DNA from: Psilocybe cubensis
Lineage: Eukaryota
Length of the DNA: 64,000 nt
NCBI GenBank assembly: GCA_017499595.2
Contig: CM038999.1
Span: 3,968,001-4,032,000 of the forward strand
Direction of reading: 5' to 3'
Shown: in pieces, positions 35,969 to 50,677 of the stretch
Numbering within the stretch: the stretch's first letter is position 1
How the letters are laid out: every line of letters starts with the position of its first letter
Position numbers and translations under genes: made by a program
The notes under the pieces: model-generated
Databases searched by the model: none
The model's input: only the letters and a program-made list of their open reading frames with translations
Told to the model about the DNA's origin: nothing

Positions 35969-38063
35969 ATCAATCTACTATGTCGTGGTGTATAATTTGG
36001 AACATCGACACCAAGCTGTTACGACCTTCTACCTATTATTATTTGTCGTAATGTACTTAATGTAATTGTTGCTTAAAACGTTTCTGAATCGATGATTTGA
36101 ACGTATATACCAATCATCCAAATCATGCACAATTTTTTTGTGTAAGGTTACTGTTAAATCAAAGCAGCACGTACTTCAGTCAGGAGCGACATACCCCCTA
36201 ACCGCCTCGCCTAATCCGTCAAGTCCCTCAAATTACCTGTTACGGTATAGTTCCAACTAACAAGGGCCATCACTCATTCCACGCTTTGTACGCCACCGTC
36301 GTCCACTTGATGAAACTTGATACAACTTATCTTGAAATTTAACTCCGACTAATGACGAAGGTCCTTTTCTTTCTGCTGGAGGAATTGAAACCTCTTTTCT
36401 GCGTCGGATTTTCAAGGTATCCCATCACATTTTGAGAAACGATTACCACGGCCTCCAGTATACCCGTCCTCTAAATACTGTAAGGTTGGATCTTACCACG
36501 CGTATAGAGTATATTCATAACTTTTCCATGCCAATCATCACATTTTCTTCTGATTGAGACAGATTTTAATATTGCAAGGCCATTTGACACCCGTTATCAG
36601 CGGGCTATGTCTTAACCTTTTAAACCGTGAGGAATGATCTACGAAAAATCAACGGCGGCACACTAGAGAATCTCTCAACGAATATCATCGTTTTCACCTG
36701 TCCTCACTCCCCGTCAAAAAACTGTGATATGTAGTCCATTTGTCATTCCCAGGATCTCGAGGTGCCAAAGGTATTTTGTCAAGAGACAGAAACAACATCC
36801 TGGATAAAATGCTCAGATTTAGCGTCTAAAGTGTTTAACCGTAAGGCGGATAGCTGAGGCAAATAGATATCCGTGTTGGTATAAGCATTATCTGGAACAC
36901 CGATGGTCTCTTTAAACACCCATAAAATTTGATAGATGACGTACGTGACTGATGAACCTCTTGACAGAAACGCCTACTCTTACTTTGAAACAAAACAAAA
37001 AGCCTCGGTCAGTTAGTGCTCTCGCTGTCTGTGTGGCTGATGTCGAAATGGTTCTAATTTATTTCAATTGAAAATATTGAGCTTTAGGGAATGTATTTTC
37101 TAATAGATTTGTTAGATGATTGCAGTACATATCCCTCTGGCGGCTCCGAAGGGTCAAATTGTGGACTAGCCGATATACTCTTTGATCTGTAGCAACTCCT
37201 GATAACATGTAGTATTGTCAGAAATGTGCTGTATCATACCCCGCCTGGATAGGGTGTAAGAAATTCTTGCCCTCCTGCAACCATACTTGTCATTTCGATA
37301 AGAAAATTCGGTGTGTATGTACGGCGGTGACAGTCGGCTTTAACTGAAGTCGCGCACATGAATACGCGTGGAAGCTGGGCGGGAGCAGTTAAATATCAAG
37401 GGTCCAGGGCGGTTAGCGTGGCTCATCATTCAAGTCAACAACCGGACTTTGGAAGTGAACAGTTTACCACGTACTGACAATGGTGGCAGGAACAGACCCA
37501 GACCTGATAGACCACGGCGGGCACACTACAGATGTGATCTATTTAAAACACCTACAACAACCGACGTCTGGACTCTTTTCGCGTGTCTGGTTGGTAAAAG
37601 GAAGCGTGGTAGACAATCGAAGAGGGCGTCTACGGAGAAACTTGTGCCAAACTACCCTCATGCTATTTATCTATTAATAGATTTACATTCACAGTCGCGG
37701 CTAACGCAGAACCCGTGGGGCGATGAATACACCCCTTATATTCTTCTTCTTCGGGGCCTGTTTTTATCTCTCCGAAAGCATCTATAAGTGGTGCAAAGTT
37801 GTAGGTACTAAATTTTTGACAATTTGTTCCCGAGCTGCTCCATTCTCATCATATCCAACCCGTCAAGAAGGTTCTGTCCTGAGTGGGAACAGGGCACCCC
37901 AAGTGGTCACATTCATTTCCACACGCACGTCTCTACTAGACGTTTACTACTCTGGTTATAACCAGATTCTGGAGGAAGGAATACCGAGGAAGCTTCCCAA
38001 CTCCCTAGTGTTAACAACTGCCCTCCATCCAGCGCAGCCCCACATTCCTTTGATTGCGAGAGA

Positions 38064-40082
38064 ATGCCGAACGTTACTTTATCGTAAGTCCTTAGGTTTA
38101 TGCTGTTAGAAAACTTCCAGTAACAGCCGACTTGAAGGTTTGGGCCTATGCTCATAGGGGTGTTCTTTAACATGATTTTATATGGGGTACGTCAGAGGAC
38201 CGCTCGCACTACAATACTGTAGTAACTAACATCAATATCCTCACAGGTCTTGTTGGTCCAGGTTTGTAGCTTTTGCCTAATGAAAGCGTTGTAGATTTTT
38301 AAGAAAGGGAGGGATCTAGGTATATCACTACTACATCACCTTCAAAAGGTTTTTTGTTTTGCGTTTCAACTACTACGTATTCTGACATGTTGATTAGGGA
38401 TGCGCCCTGGATAAAGTACTTGGTAATTTAACTTCGTCATGGGACTAAGCTACCACCATACTGACAAAACCAGGTACTATACCTGTTTATCCTGGAATCG
38501 ATAAACACTGGCTGCGACATGGCTATGATGTATCAACCGCTCATTCAGAACTTTGGTAGTGATCTCCCCCGCAGCAAACTTGGCTATGCAACTGACGTGT
38601 ATTTTGTGGAATCCAGGTCTACCGGAAGCGACGAAATACTTCCCTACATGTGAATTTCAATTTTACTATGTGCATGAGCACCGCTAATCTGTCGGTTCGC
38701 TCGGCAGTGTTTGCGTCCGGTGAGTTGTGAAACCAATTCCTCTCTACGAATGCTAAATACCTATTTTTAGAACCCGTTCTCATTGTGAGTGCGATTTTTT
38801 CGCCACTTTTCGCTTCAATTGAAGTGGACTTCTTAGGTCGCCATATCTACACCCATTCAAATCTTCTTTGCGTGGAGAATCAAGCTGCTAACCAAATCGA
38901 ATGTGCTCGCGATCGTTATTATCCTCCTATCTCTTGTGTCTATGGGTGAATTTTTAATGATTTCTTTACGTATGTCTCGAAAGGTTGACAAATGTAACGC
39001 TTACAGGCGGTGGGACGTATACTACAGTCCTGCTCATCAAGATTAAGCTGTTCGCTCGTAAACCAGAATTGCATTGGCCCGCACTGGTTTGGTTGCTTTC
39101 AGCCAGTATCGCTGATATTGCTATTACCACCGTGCTAGTCTTGACCTTGGTAAAGCCGTCTTTCTTTCTGAGCGCAGCCCTGTAGTGACAATTCTCATGT
39201 AGTCAAGACGAAGGACAGGGTTTGTTGCGACCGATGATGCAATTTCCAAAATCATCCGAAGTATGTCCATAAAAACTATTCTTACATATAGGTGGGATGG
39301 CTAACCTATTGTCCTCAGTGACTGTTCAAACCGGAATGATCACGTATGTCGAGGTCAAATTGCTGACACTTTGGGACTGACAAACGCTAACAGGGCATTC
39401 TTTGCCATTGGAGATGTGATCTTCTTTATGTGTAAGTTTCATAATCAACGTTATATGTTACCTTATATTCTGACGAAACTACGCCGCAGCCCTTCCCGTG
39501 AGTTCTCATTATACGGATGACAAATGAGAAATTGTTGAATCTTTTTCTTTACTTTTGCTGAATTACAGCATACTGCACTGTAAGATCAAGCCTATCGTCT
39601 TACTATTAGCTTAACTTATTTGTTATATATGATAGAAACTTCTTGTGGGATTTGTCTCTCTCCAAGTTGTATACCAATTGTCTACTTTCTACCCTCAACG
39701 CCCGCGAGGAGCTTCAGGAGCTAGCTGGGTCACATAGACGAAACGTCGTATCGACTAGTGCTGGACGTAGACAGGTAACGCATTTTGAATACAATTCCCA
39801 TGAAAATCGCATTTATTCATCATAACAGGAAACACAGTTAGACTCTCCAGCGGTATGATTCCTCATGCAACAAATACACATTGTATTTATACCGTGCACA
39901 GCATATCCTAGCCTCGGCCATGTATGAGCTAGATCAGCAGAAATCCACTCATACCCAGAGTGCAGATATGGAATACGGCATTACAATCACCAAGGTTAGT
40001 ACTTAATACTCTGATTTTGGGAAGTAAATCAAATGTTCTGAATTCTCATTTCGTCGTTTACTAGGTCGTCGAGACCCAGTAA
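38064..40082 (+). CDS. DUF6534-like multi-pass membrane protein with microexons
   Basis: MPNVTLSFGPMLIGVFFNMILYG, QIFFAWRI, WLLSASIADIAIT, TDDAISKIIRMTVQTG, LSKLYTNCLLSTLNAR, ending ITKVVETQ*. Confidence 0.85.
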
Positions 40083-40580
40083 ATTCTCGGTGTAAATATT
40101 CCTTAAAGTTATTCCTATCAATGCTCGGACAATAATCCATACTGTACTAATAAGAGGGTAACGGGTAGAGACGACGAAGCTATAAGGCTTTTTTTGAAAA
40201 TACATTCGTTTCCATTTCGTACTGTGTGACCTCCTCATTGACTTGTCAGTGTTAGCATGGCGAAGATTAGTTGCATTACGCATGGTAGGTGCATGTTTTT
40301 GCCTTCCGACGGCATCATCTACTGCATTTTTTCGATCCAGTCGTGAAGATTGCCTCACTGTGACAATAAGATATCTATTCCATCTTAGAACATCAGAACA
40401 CGCATTTAAGGGCTGGCCCTTCACTCATTTACAGACGCCTTGCTAATTGACTCCTGGTACCGTGTGTGTTTGGGGCTATTTGGGACTCAATTCTCGTACT
40501 ATATTTGCTTGCTAGTATATTCGGGTCCGCCAAATCTACCTACCCCTGCTTCCTGGTCTGACTCTATCTGTTTACGAACG

Positions 40581-41814
40581 ATGAACTGCATGTCTAGCGA
40601 TAACGATTCTTTACCACTGATGGGAACTCCAGATATGCTATCCAAACCATCGAATGAACCTCAACAAGAACAACGTATTCTAATTCGCGAAAGGTTGCGA
40701 TCGATGGAACGCAGCTTAAACGAAATCAAGGTCACACTAGGGACCCTCAAGGCTGCATGCACCTCTCTGGAAGCACAGACAGAGAAATTCAGCAAAGAAA
40801 TGGTAGCGATGAAGCGCATCATGCTTCTTGAAACACCCCCCGCAGAAGAATCTCCACCTCGGACACAGGAGGTATGACAGGGGTGTATCTGTGGTATCCA
40901 CTGCTCATACCACCCAAGAACCACGGCATACAACACCTTTTGCAGAATCGTGGGCCACAGCCAGTTACTGAGGTATGTGCACGTTATGTTCTGACAGGCG
41001 ATCATTTTAAAAATTAAGGTATTGAAGCTTGCCAGACGTCCTGGTATTCTTCATCGAATAAATGATTCAATAGGCAGGATAGTACATCCGGATCATATTG
41101 TGAGTGCACTCTATGTGTAAGGGGAATATATGTTCATGCATCGCTTTTCAATCAGTCAACTGCAATATTTACTCCTCCCGAGACAGAACTTTTAGGAAAG
41201 AGACGTCTGCAAGAAGATACCGACGACGGAATAGATGAATCGGCATCCTTGGACAATCAACCAACTCAAAGAGCAAACAAACGGGTCCGATTCGCAGACC
41301 CTAATGATCTTCCCATATCCCATGTACGCACACCTATGCATCAACTGGTGAGCGTTTATTGGCGATTTCAGGGGCCAGTCCACTGATACATCATCAGGAC
41401 ACAGCATCGGGATTCAGTGACCTCTCTCTTCCAAAGCCCAGACGCATCTTGCTCAAATTAGGAAGGGATACAGAACAGGTGCTTTCGGAGTCAAGGGGAG
41501 ATTCCCCCGTTGAACCTTTGGCATCTCCGATATCACCTCCTAACTCCCCAATTATTTTACCTCTGGGGAAGACAAGGAATACTCGACGAAGGTTTCGGGA
41601 TAACATGACGTATCTTCAAAGCACTCAGCACTCAAGGCCCAAGACCAAATGGGACCCGGCAGCTGGTAAAAGGGTTCCAATCGTGACAGTTCCCAGTCCA
41701 TCTATGAGCGGCGAGGAAAGTGATAGAAGTGAAATGGGGGCTGGTATGAAAGCAGAGCAAGAGGACTATGAAGGAAAACTTAGTCATGATCTATCCAACA
41801 CGTCTTTGGGCTGA
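40581..41814 (+). CDS. Hypothetical protein (coiled coil, basic NLS-like segments)
   Basis: Spliced ORFs with canonical introns; coiled coil LRSMERSLNEIKVTLGTLK; LGKRR and NKRVRF motifs. Confidence 0.6.
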
Positions 41815-42572
41815 CCTGGTTGAATTACTAGCGAGAGAACGACATGTATTGACCGAGTTGCGAATATTGAGTTAATAGTTCCTGGACGACTATACCTTGA
41901 CGTCGTCCCACCTACCCCTGTCAAGAAAAATATATCCCGTATTACCTTCAATGTATCTCGAAAACATCGACATGGCAGTGACATTAGGTTATTGGGGTAA
42001 TTCCAAGAAACATTCCTCCGCCCATCGGAAGTCTACCTGAGTCAATTTGGAAGCATAAGTCGAAAGGGAAGGGAGACCTACAAATGTAAGAGAAAAAGGA
42101 GAGGAAATGTCGTCCACATGCATGTTTTAGAGGGAGTCAAAGTGAACTAAGAATGAAATAATGAACGTCTGTTGATGTGTGAAAATTTCCGCCTGCCAAA
42201 ATGTGATCTATTCTTGTACAGCACGTGATCGGGGCGCGTCACACATTTGAACCCAGTGGACAGGGGCGTTATAACGAGGATTTCTACCATGCTTTCCTCT
42301 CACATACAGAAAATTTAAAGGTATGTAGTACCATCTGTGACATATGACTACTTTATCAAGCCAAAGGTTTGACTGAGTTTTTCTTGACAAAATAATAGTA
42401 GCTAGTGTGGCAGTGCTCGTTTCCCTGCCTGTCAACTGCTAATTTGTTTGTTGCACAGCCTCAGGCTATGCTACTTAACTCTGAGTTTAAACAATGGTGG
42501 TGAGATACGGACCCCATTTCGCTGCAACATGCTCTCACCGTAACTGCAATTATTGGGTCAAATCTAGTCCCA

Positions 42573-45500
42573 ATGGAAAATCTCCTCCGGTTCAAGAATG
42601 CCATTTCTAGCTGTACACATATGTGTAGAGGCTCTGGCACCAACAAGCCAGCCTATACGGCACATTCACCAACCGCCACTCATGAGGCAACCGCCAAAGA
42701 CAAGAGCCCAAATCATTGGCGATATAAACGATTGGTCTCCAGTTCCCTCTTTTTAAAATTTAAGCGTCGCTCGACGACACGTATCACTGCACACGACAAC
42801 ATATCCTCCACCCCAACACTAGAAGACGCCAGAAAACTGCTCGACGGGAAGGACCAGAGCCCTCAACATAAATTGCTTGTCCTCCATGTGGCACACGTCA
42901 TCGAAAACACACCTAACCTTCGTAATCTGGTTGTAGAGGTTGTACGACTTGTCCAACAGTCAGAAGTACGTCAATGCTTCCATCGTATTTCCGTTCCCTT
43001 GATAAGGATGTTTCATCCCATGATGTCAGTGTGAAGATGTCGCTCAGGTTACGATTGAGTTTGCCACTCAGTTGATTACAGCATTTGAAGACCCAAGCCG
43101 TTTTCCTAACGATCAAACACGGCTATCTGAACTCGTGTTAAATTTCCTTAGGTAGGTCATATCACGGACGAGGTATTACACAGCTGATTAAACATCATTA
43201 AGTATTTTGAAATCGGCAAATGCAAATGGTATACAGAGGACAAAGGAGCAAGTTATACATTCTATCAGGCAAATCCTCGTAAGTTTTTTGCATGCTCGCT
43301 CTAAGATGCTAAATCATAACAAGCCCCAAGACAAATCATTATGATCTGTTCCGTGGAAGTGACAAGAAAGACTCCTGGTTGTCATGCCTTAAAAGTGAAT
43401 GTCTTGGGCCAACCTTGTCTATGTTACACATCATCCATACAAGTGCCTCAATAGTCCCTGTTCCGATGGTTCAGCCACTTATAGGGATCATTGCTGGTCT
43501 ACTCCAAGCCACCGAGGTATTTTATAGCCGGTTTATTACATTAATTCAATGACTTTAATGTTAACAATTTGCTCAGCAAGCCTGCAGCAACTATGAATGG
43601 ATGAGATGGCTTTCTGTTACAGCTGCGGAGTTTGTTGTTTCCATTGCTGCCGTAGTTGGTTCTGTTGAGAAGCCTAGAAAGGAATGGCTTGAGGCAATCG
43701 ACGTATTCCAAAAGTAAGTCGTCGTTATGCTAGCTATAGTCATCCGCGATTTATTTTATTGTTAGAAAACTCTTCAAAATCGTCAAAGAAGCACAGCATT
43801 TTTCAAAGCAGAGCGTCGCTACCCGATTCCTCCAACAAGGGAGTCATAAAAACGCTATTGAATTCATGAAAGAAGACCTCAAGAATGCTATACATCACTT
43901 CAATGTAGGCTAATTTTTCGTTCCATGATTTCATTTTGAATTTTAATAACAATCTACTTATAGATTCAAACCAAAATGAGCATTAAGGCGGATATTTTGC
44001 AGATGGCGCGCCAGATTGGTACGTGCAGAAATTCTGGGCGACTCTGTATTTAAATGACATCTGGTGTGTATTGTAGAGGTTTGCTCGCTGGAAACGCTTC
44101 CTCGTTTGACAGATTATGATGTCAATTCTCAACATGGCCGTTACAGGATCATACAGGAGGAGTCAATCAAAGATGTATTGCATTGGATTGAAGACTCAGA
44201 TGGAATGACCTTCTTCTGGATTCAAGGTGCTGCCGGCATAGGAAAGTCGACATTGGCCCATGGACTGTTTGACATCCTAAAGAGCGAGGGCCTTCTTGCT
44301 TCATTTGCCTTCTTTTCCATTGGTAATAGCTTGTGCCCAAAGGACCTTGTCCGGATGATGGCTCGAGAATTATGCAGCTTACACCCCGGGTCTCGTATGG
44401 CAGTCGCGCTGGCCATAGACCATTGTTCTGGGGTACATCACTCTCTCGAAAAATATCTGATCGATTTCATTGCAGCACCAATATCTACATTGGGCTACGC
44501 GGGACCACTTGTTATTATCATCGATGGACTGGACGAATGGGATAAAAGGCTTATGTTACTTGATGCCCTGCGTCGGATTAACCTGCCAGTCAATCTGAAA
44601 TTTGTCATTACAAGTCGTTATTCGCCGGATATTGAACAGGCCATTGAGGGAAGTTTCACCCAATACCAGTTGGCCCATGTGTCGGAAGACGTTTGCTACA
44701 GGTACTTCAAGGACAATTTTCTTGCAAAAGGAATCAATGGCGTAGATGAAAAACTGCTGCATGACCTCGTCGTGAAAACTGACGGGTATCTCATGTGGGC
44801 CGCAACCGTCTTCTCCCGTATATCCATTCCAGATCCGAAGAGAACAACGCTACAAATCCTCGAGAATATTGCCTTACCGTCTTTTTATTCTGCGGAAGTA
44901 AATTGGATGGACGACTTTTATCGAGAAGCATTGGAACGAATTCTGCCTCATCAACACGCCAGATCATGTCTCGAATTATTTCTTTCAATGATGGCGCTGA
45001 GGGAAGCCCTCCCTCTTCGGGAATTTTCCCGCTTGATTGATTTGGAGGAGCATTTTGTCAAGACTGTCTACTCCCAATTGAGGGTGCTGCAGACTCGGGG
45101 GAAATTCCATGAGGGAATAGTGCAACCTGCCACACAATTATTCCACACCTCATTCATCGAGTATTTGGGTCGGGTAGACAAAACTCTGAGTCCAAATGGC
45201 GTCATGGCCGTGAACTGCACACGCTTTTTCGTAAAAATGGTTCGGGCAGGCACTGGATTTGTCAAGCTTCAAGAAGCGGAACATTATGTTGGAAATCACT
45301 GGATGGACCATTTATGGGAGAGTCCCTCGGAAACCAAAGGCTTCCTGGAGACATTTCCACATCTTTCAAGAAACCACATATGTGTGCGTGGTAAATGCTT
45401 GCTGCCTCACATACGCCTCTATGAGGCTCTGAAGCCTTCGCCCGAGGTAATCCCCTACATCCCAGTTTTCTTCAGCTCTCTTGGGCATACGTATATAGGC

Positions 45501-46337
45501 GTTGATGCTATATCGAAACACCGGCAACTTACAACCGAAGCTGAGCTCGCTAACAACAAGAACCCAACGGCCTTCAACTGGACGCATTCCGAATCGCGTT
45601 CCATTTCGGTTAATTATGATAATGTCATTTTTGAGATTAGTTTGGCCATAGCCAACTTTGAGAGAGCAGTAGATTGCGCTCCCTTGAGCCATCCTTGGCC
45701 TCTCACCCAGTCTAAAACTCGGCAACGCTGGACCCAGAATCGATTTGGGCACATCGAGACACCCCAGAGCGACAATATCCCCATAAACCTCGGCTGCAGG
45801 TCGACTGGGCGTATGTCTGAAACCGCAGAAATTACGAATCCAGCATATCCTTATCACCACGAAGCTACGCAACACAGCGTAGCCATCAAGCAGTCCATGT
45901 CCAACATCAAGAAAGTGGATTATAAGCCTGACGCAAGTCTTCCAGGAATATTCAGCAACCTTGGAGTCTGTTACTCGTCTCTCTTTGAGCGCACCAGAGA
46001 CATAACAGATATCAGCCGAGCCATAAAACATTTCCAACAAGCAGTGCAACATGCTCCCTACGGTCATGGAGATCTCCCACAAATATTCAGTGATCTGTCA
46101 AAGTGCTACCTCCTTAGATTTGAGCATGCTGCGGATCCGACAGATATCAACCTCGCCATAGCTTACGCTAATAAGGCTACACGTTCTGCTCCACCCGGTC
46201 ATCCATGCCTGCCATTATGGACCAGCAGCCTAGGTGATCTTTACCAACGTAGGTTTGAACAAACCGCGGACATTATGGATTTCCGCAACGCTATAGATAA
46301 TTTGTGGGCAATAGGGTTTCGACTTGAAAAGCTTTAA
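42573..46337 (+). CDS. NLR-like protein: helical N-terminal domain, NACHT and TPR repeats
   Basis: Walker A WIQGAAGIGKST and Walker B LVIIIDGLDE; about 3 TPR-like repeats (SNLGVCYSSLFERTRDITDISRAIKHFQQAV); upstream exons at about 43450-44019 splice into the long exon; the 5' start is uncertain. Confidence 0.8.
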
Positions 46338-46617
46338 CAAGGTTTTACATCTCGACTGTATTTAACAAAATGACAATTTGCTCATTCATATCGACCGGAA
46401 CAAAGAATACAGACGACTTTGCCATCAGTAACAGTTAACTGAATCTGAGGTGTCGGAATCACTAAGCTACGTCAGGTCAGAGCCCCAACCACTCATGCTG
46501 CTTTCGCTGTATGCACAATGGGTGCGTCCTCAGTAATATCTTCATACAATTTAGTATTGGAAACATGAAAGCAATGCAAAACGGAATTCTTACATCATAG
46601 CATCATCTGTTTCGTGT

Positions 46618-48788
46618 TCAATACTCCGCGTATGAATCAGATTCAGATTCAGAACTGTCGTCACTCCACACCAACCGCGCTTTCTTCACGTTCGTGGAAG
46701 GACGAATAGTCGATATATTCTTTCTCATATTTCCTACAGTGGTGTCTTTGCATGCCCGACTGGCTGCGTCCACCGCCTCTAGGTTGGTTTGGGCGTTCAA
46801 AAATTCTTGGGCACGTCGGTGACTGTATGAAACGCAGACGATTTTGACGATTTTGATATGCTAATAAAACAGAGAGAAGCATAAACATTGGATGTGTGAG
46901 TAAACGGACAGATCGGGACCCACCTCGTCGCCCCTTTCAAAAGCGTCTATGACATCGTCACTCGTCAATGGGCTAGCATATTTCCTCCCATTGATAAGCT
47001 CGGATTCTTCAATGATTTCTCGCTCAGTAGGTTCGTTGTTATAGCGTAGGCGAAGTGTCATCCGCGCGCGCATGTCGCGATATACAGAATACCTCTTGTG
47101 TTTTGCAATCTTTATGCCCCAAGTTTGCTTGACCTTTAAGTTTGCAATTAAGTACAATGATCAATCTTAATCATCGTTAGCTTACAGAGGATTCCTGAGC
47201 GGTGAATTCCTCTCTGGTCATCTGTCCTACGACGTAGCATTTGTACTCGCCACGATATTCCAACATTGGTTTTTTCTTGGCCTCGATTTTGCCAAACAAT
47301 GACCACGGTGCGTTATTGGAGACCTCCTCACGACAGCTGAGGAGCAGACCGGGTGCGCCGGGGTAGCGTGGCATGTCAGGATACACATCGTACGTAGGGG
47401 TAAGGAACCTGTGCTGCTTATTTCTTGATGTCCATAAAAATCCCATTCCTGGAAGGCCGAACGATTTGGACAGAGCCCGACGAGATACAGAGACGCCAAG
47501 TGGCACTGGGTCAATGTTTAACGCTGCCGTATCATTGAGATATCTCGAAAGGTCCTGGTATTGCGCAACGTTTGATCAATGGGGATGTCAACGTTACAGA
47601 GTAGTAGTCAAACATTTACCATAACTTCAGGCTGGGCACTAATCGTTGGTAAATCTGGAAGTAAAACGGCCTGTGTATCTGAGGACTGGTTTGATCCATT
47701 TTCATCCAGCTGAAATTCAAAGAATGGGCTGTCACCACCAAATGCCGTCGCAACGACGAGGAAGATGACACAGAAGACCGTCCGGACGGTCTAACGGTCA
47801 AAGCCTACTGATATATTTTAGCGACGTCAAAATGGATGGAATTAGACCTTTACCTCGATATCTGGCAGAACGACGATTGTTGGCAAGACCTCCCTTTCAA
47901 CCGGAGTTCCGCAAGGGGGACAGCCCGCACTTTGATGAAGCTCATAATCCGAGCTCTCATGGTCAGCGTCCATTAGTGATGATAACGAAGGCGAAGTAGA
48001 GATAGCATTTGAACAAAGACTAATTCTAGGCGTAACCTATGGTTGTTGGTTATAAAAATTTTGAAGAGCCCAAAAACCACCTACAGCAGTGTCACCGTCT
48101 TCATCCAAACATTTTTCCTTAATGCGATCAGTTTCCTTCTGTTCTATCTCATTGATTTTGACCCTCCTCAACTTACCATAACCACTAAATCATCATCTTG
48201 AAGCTGCAAAGAATGGCGCTTAGTCGGGGTAGGGATTTGTGGGAAAGGCGAGGATGCATCTGGGAGGAATCTAAGGCTGAGTCATTAGATGGGGCCTATG
48301 AGGTGCCACTTGAGACGTTTCTGAAATTAAATGAAAAAAGATGTCGCACAACACTGGGACACTGTTCATTTCATGAGTATATCTCGTATCGCATTCAAGG
48401 AGTGTTCTTACTGGATATATTTCATAGTCATCGTTGTTATCTGCCATATCCTCTACCTAAGTATACAGTGAGTGAGCTAGACGGTTATAAATTTTGTAGG
48501 AGAGACTTGTCTGACATCGGGCATTTGTGTATTGATAGCATGTTCATGCTGTAAGAACACACTGTAAACCCGTTAATGGTTGAATCCAAAAGAGCCACGT
48601 ACATTATCTTGTTGTTCTTCCTCGTGCGTTTCCTCAATTTTTCGGTAAGCATCTCGTCATTTCGCTGCTTCTGCTTCTGCGTTCGAGGCCCTGATGCTGA
48701 ATTCATAGCGCTGTTTGCGAAGTATCAATACCTTCACCTGAAGCTGTGCATTTTGAGCAGAGAGTTTCTCCATTTCCAAGGCTGTCAT
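46618..48788 (-). pseudogene. DUF6697-like gene with N-terminal coiled coil; in-frame TGA in the predicted first exon
   Basis: PRYPGAPGLLL, EYRGEY, QMTREEF, RARMTLR..EPTEREI..DAFERGDE; upstream MTALEMEKLSAQNAQLQVKV...AEAAK*RDAYRKIEE with the stop at 48659-48657. Confidence 0.6.
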
Positions 48789-50001
48789 CCTGGTAGAGTA
48801 TGATAGATGGTTAAAACAAGATGGTGCAGGTTGTGGCTTGGTTCAAGATGGTTTCCGATCTGTTTCGAGACTATGGAGCTTAAAGCCCAACGAAGATAGG
48901 GGTTGATGCCATCAATTGTTTGGCAGACTGGTCTTGAAATAACAACTTGGGCCTTGTCCTAGCTTCGAATCCGGCGCTATGCCACTCTTTCCTTCACCAC
49001 CAATTTATCTGAAGGCCTGAATATTGAATGGCGGACCTGAGCGGACTCTTTTTGTGCTGCTCGTGTTGTGAGTTTCAATTTTCGTGTCAAGTACACCCGC
49101 TGCGAATCGAAATCTATTGGAAGAACCTCGGACGGGGTTGGCAGAAGTACGAGAACTATGGGGACTTCTGAGAACTCGAAAAGTGGCGAGGCTGACCGAC
49201 TATTGACCACCTTTAACAGGTTGCGTACCGGATGGTTCATATACCAGCCCAAAGACCAAACCTGATCCCAGGGAACAGCAGATCGACGACGAGTTCCTTG
49301 CCAGAAATTACCGGCAGGATTCGTCGGGGCGATTCCATACTCAGCCGACGCCAACGAGCTCAATGTTTCCTCCGCAAAACACAAGCAGCAATCGGTCGAC
49401 AAAATCAGAGCAGAAGCAGGAAGAAAACCCCAGTGATGCAGCGGGGCACCGTGTAGAGCTTGTCCAGCTGAAGCCCCCAACGCTAGTTATCGATGGCTCT
49501 GGTTCGACTGCTTCGAGTACGAGCGACAGCGGGAAGCTTCATCCAGCAAGCACCCTCTCTGGTGCTGGGTGACTTCGGTGAGCGAGTGCTGCGGATATAC
49601 TGGGTTCGGAGGTAACCCCTATTGAAGGGTTGTACTGTGTAAGGTCATATCCAAATCAAAACGCGTGGATCTGATCATGCATCCCAGAATTTCATGCCCC
49701 AAGGAGATGGATACGTGGCCCTCCTGTGTTGTATGTTTAGTTATTTTGTATTGCACCACGACTGTTTTTCTAGACTCCATCTCACAAGCAGAAAGTGCCT
49801 CAATTGAGTGATATAATCAGAACTCGTGTGGGTGATGCCCATGCAACGAAGCCCGCGCGATCAGGAAGCGGCAATAACTGGGAGGATCACTAATTTAGAA
49901 AAGATACTGCTCACATTTTAAATAGAACGACCCGTCCAGGCTAGCCGTTCCTCCTTATACACTCCGTTGGCTGACTCGCTCTTACTCCCCTTCGTACCCT
50001 C

Positions 50002-50677
50002 ATGGAAGCCATTTTCGACAACAAAGCCAATGTTCTGGACGCCAAGATACGAACGGCACACGACAACTCTGTGATCTATTCAATATCGACGGACCAGACG
50101 ACGTGGTCCAAGACATACACGTACGTTCGAGATATGAATCCTGCTGGGCGAGAGGATCCAATTGTGGTCGGGATCATTAATTGGGACAAGAAAACGTTCG
50201 AAGTAAATGGACATCGTAAGACTTTGAAGGAGATCAGACGGAAGCCGAGGCGATTCTCGCTGAGGTAAGAGCTCTATTTCCTTGAAACGTGATGTAGCTA
50301 AAGAAAGGCAGATCGAAACTTTGGAAATGGAGCGAAGATAGAGAAGAGTACGCAATTGTGCATCGCGAGGAGGGTTGGCAGGTATGGCCCATCATTCATA
50401 CACAGCGTACAAGCTTATATTCCCGGCAAAGGCCATGTCCACCAGTAAAAACCAGGTCGAAGCTACGTTGGCCGTGCCATACCGTCCACAGCTGTTTGGG
50501 AAATTGAAACCAATTGTGATAAACCTTTCGAGATCAGCTTTGGCAAAAGACGAGGTTTTCCTGATACTTGCTTTCATTTACCTAGAGTACAGGAGGCAAG
50601 AAAAGACGGTGAGCTGACATTTCTTTGTAGGAAGCCACTAATTAAGCTGCATATAGAACAGCTCCGGTGGTTGGTGA
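50002..50677 (+). CDS. DUF6593-like protein
   Basis: Four exons; VIYSISTD, VGIINW..FEVNG, FLILAFIYLEYRRQEKT, last exon NSSGGW*. Confidence 0.75.

Noticed and set aside
48900-49650. Several 65-170 aa ORFs
   Set aside because: No motif or supported gene structure.
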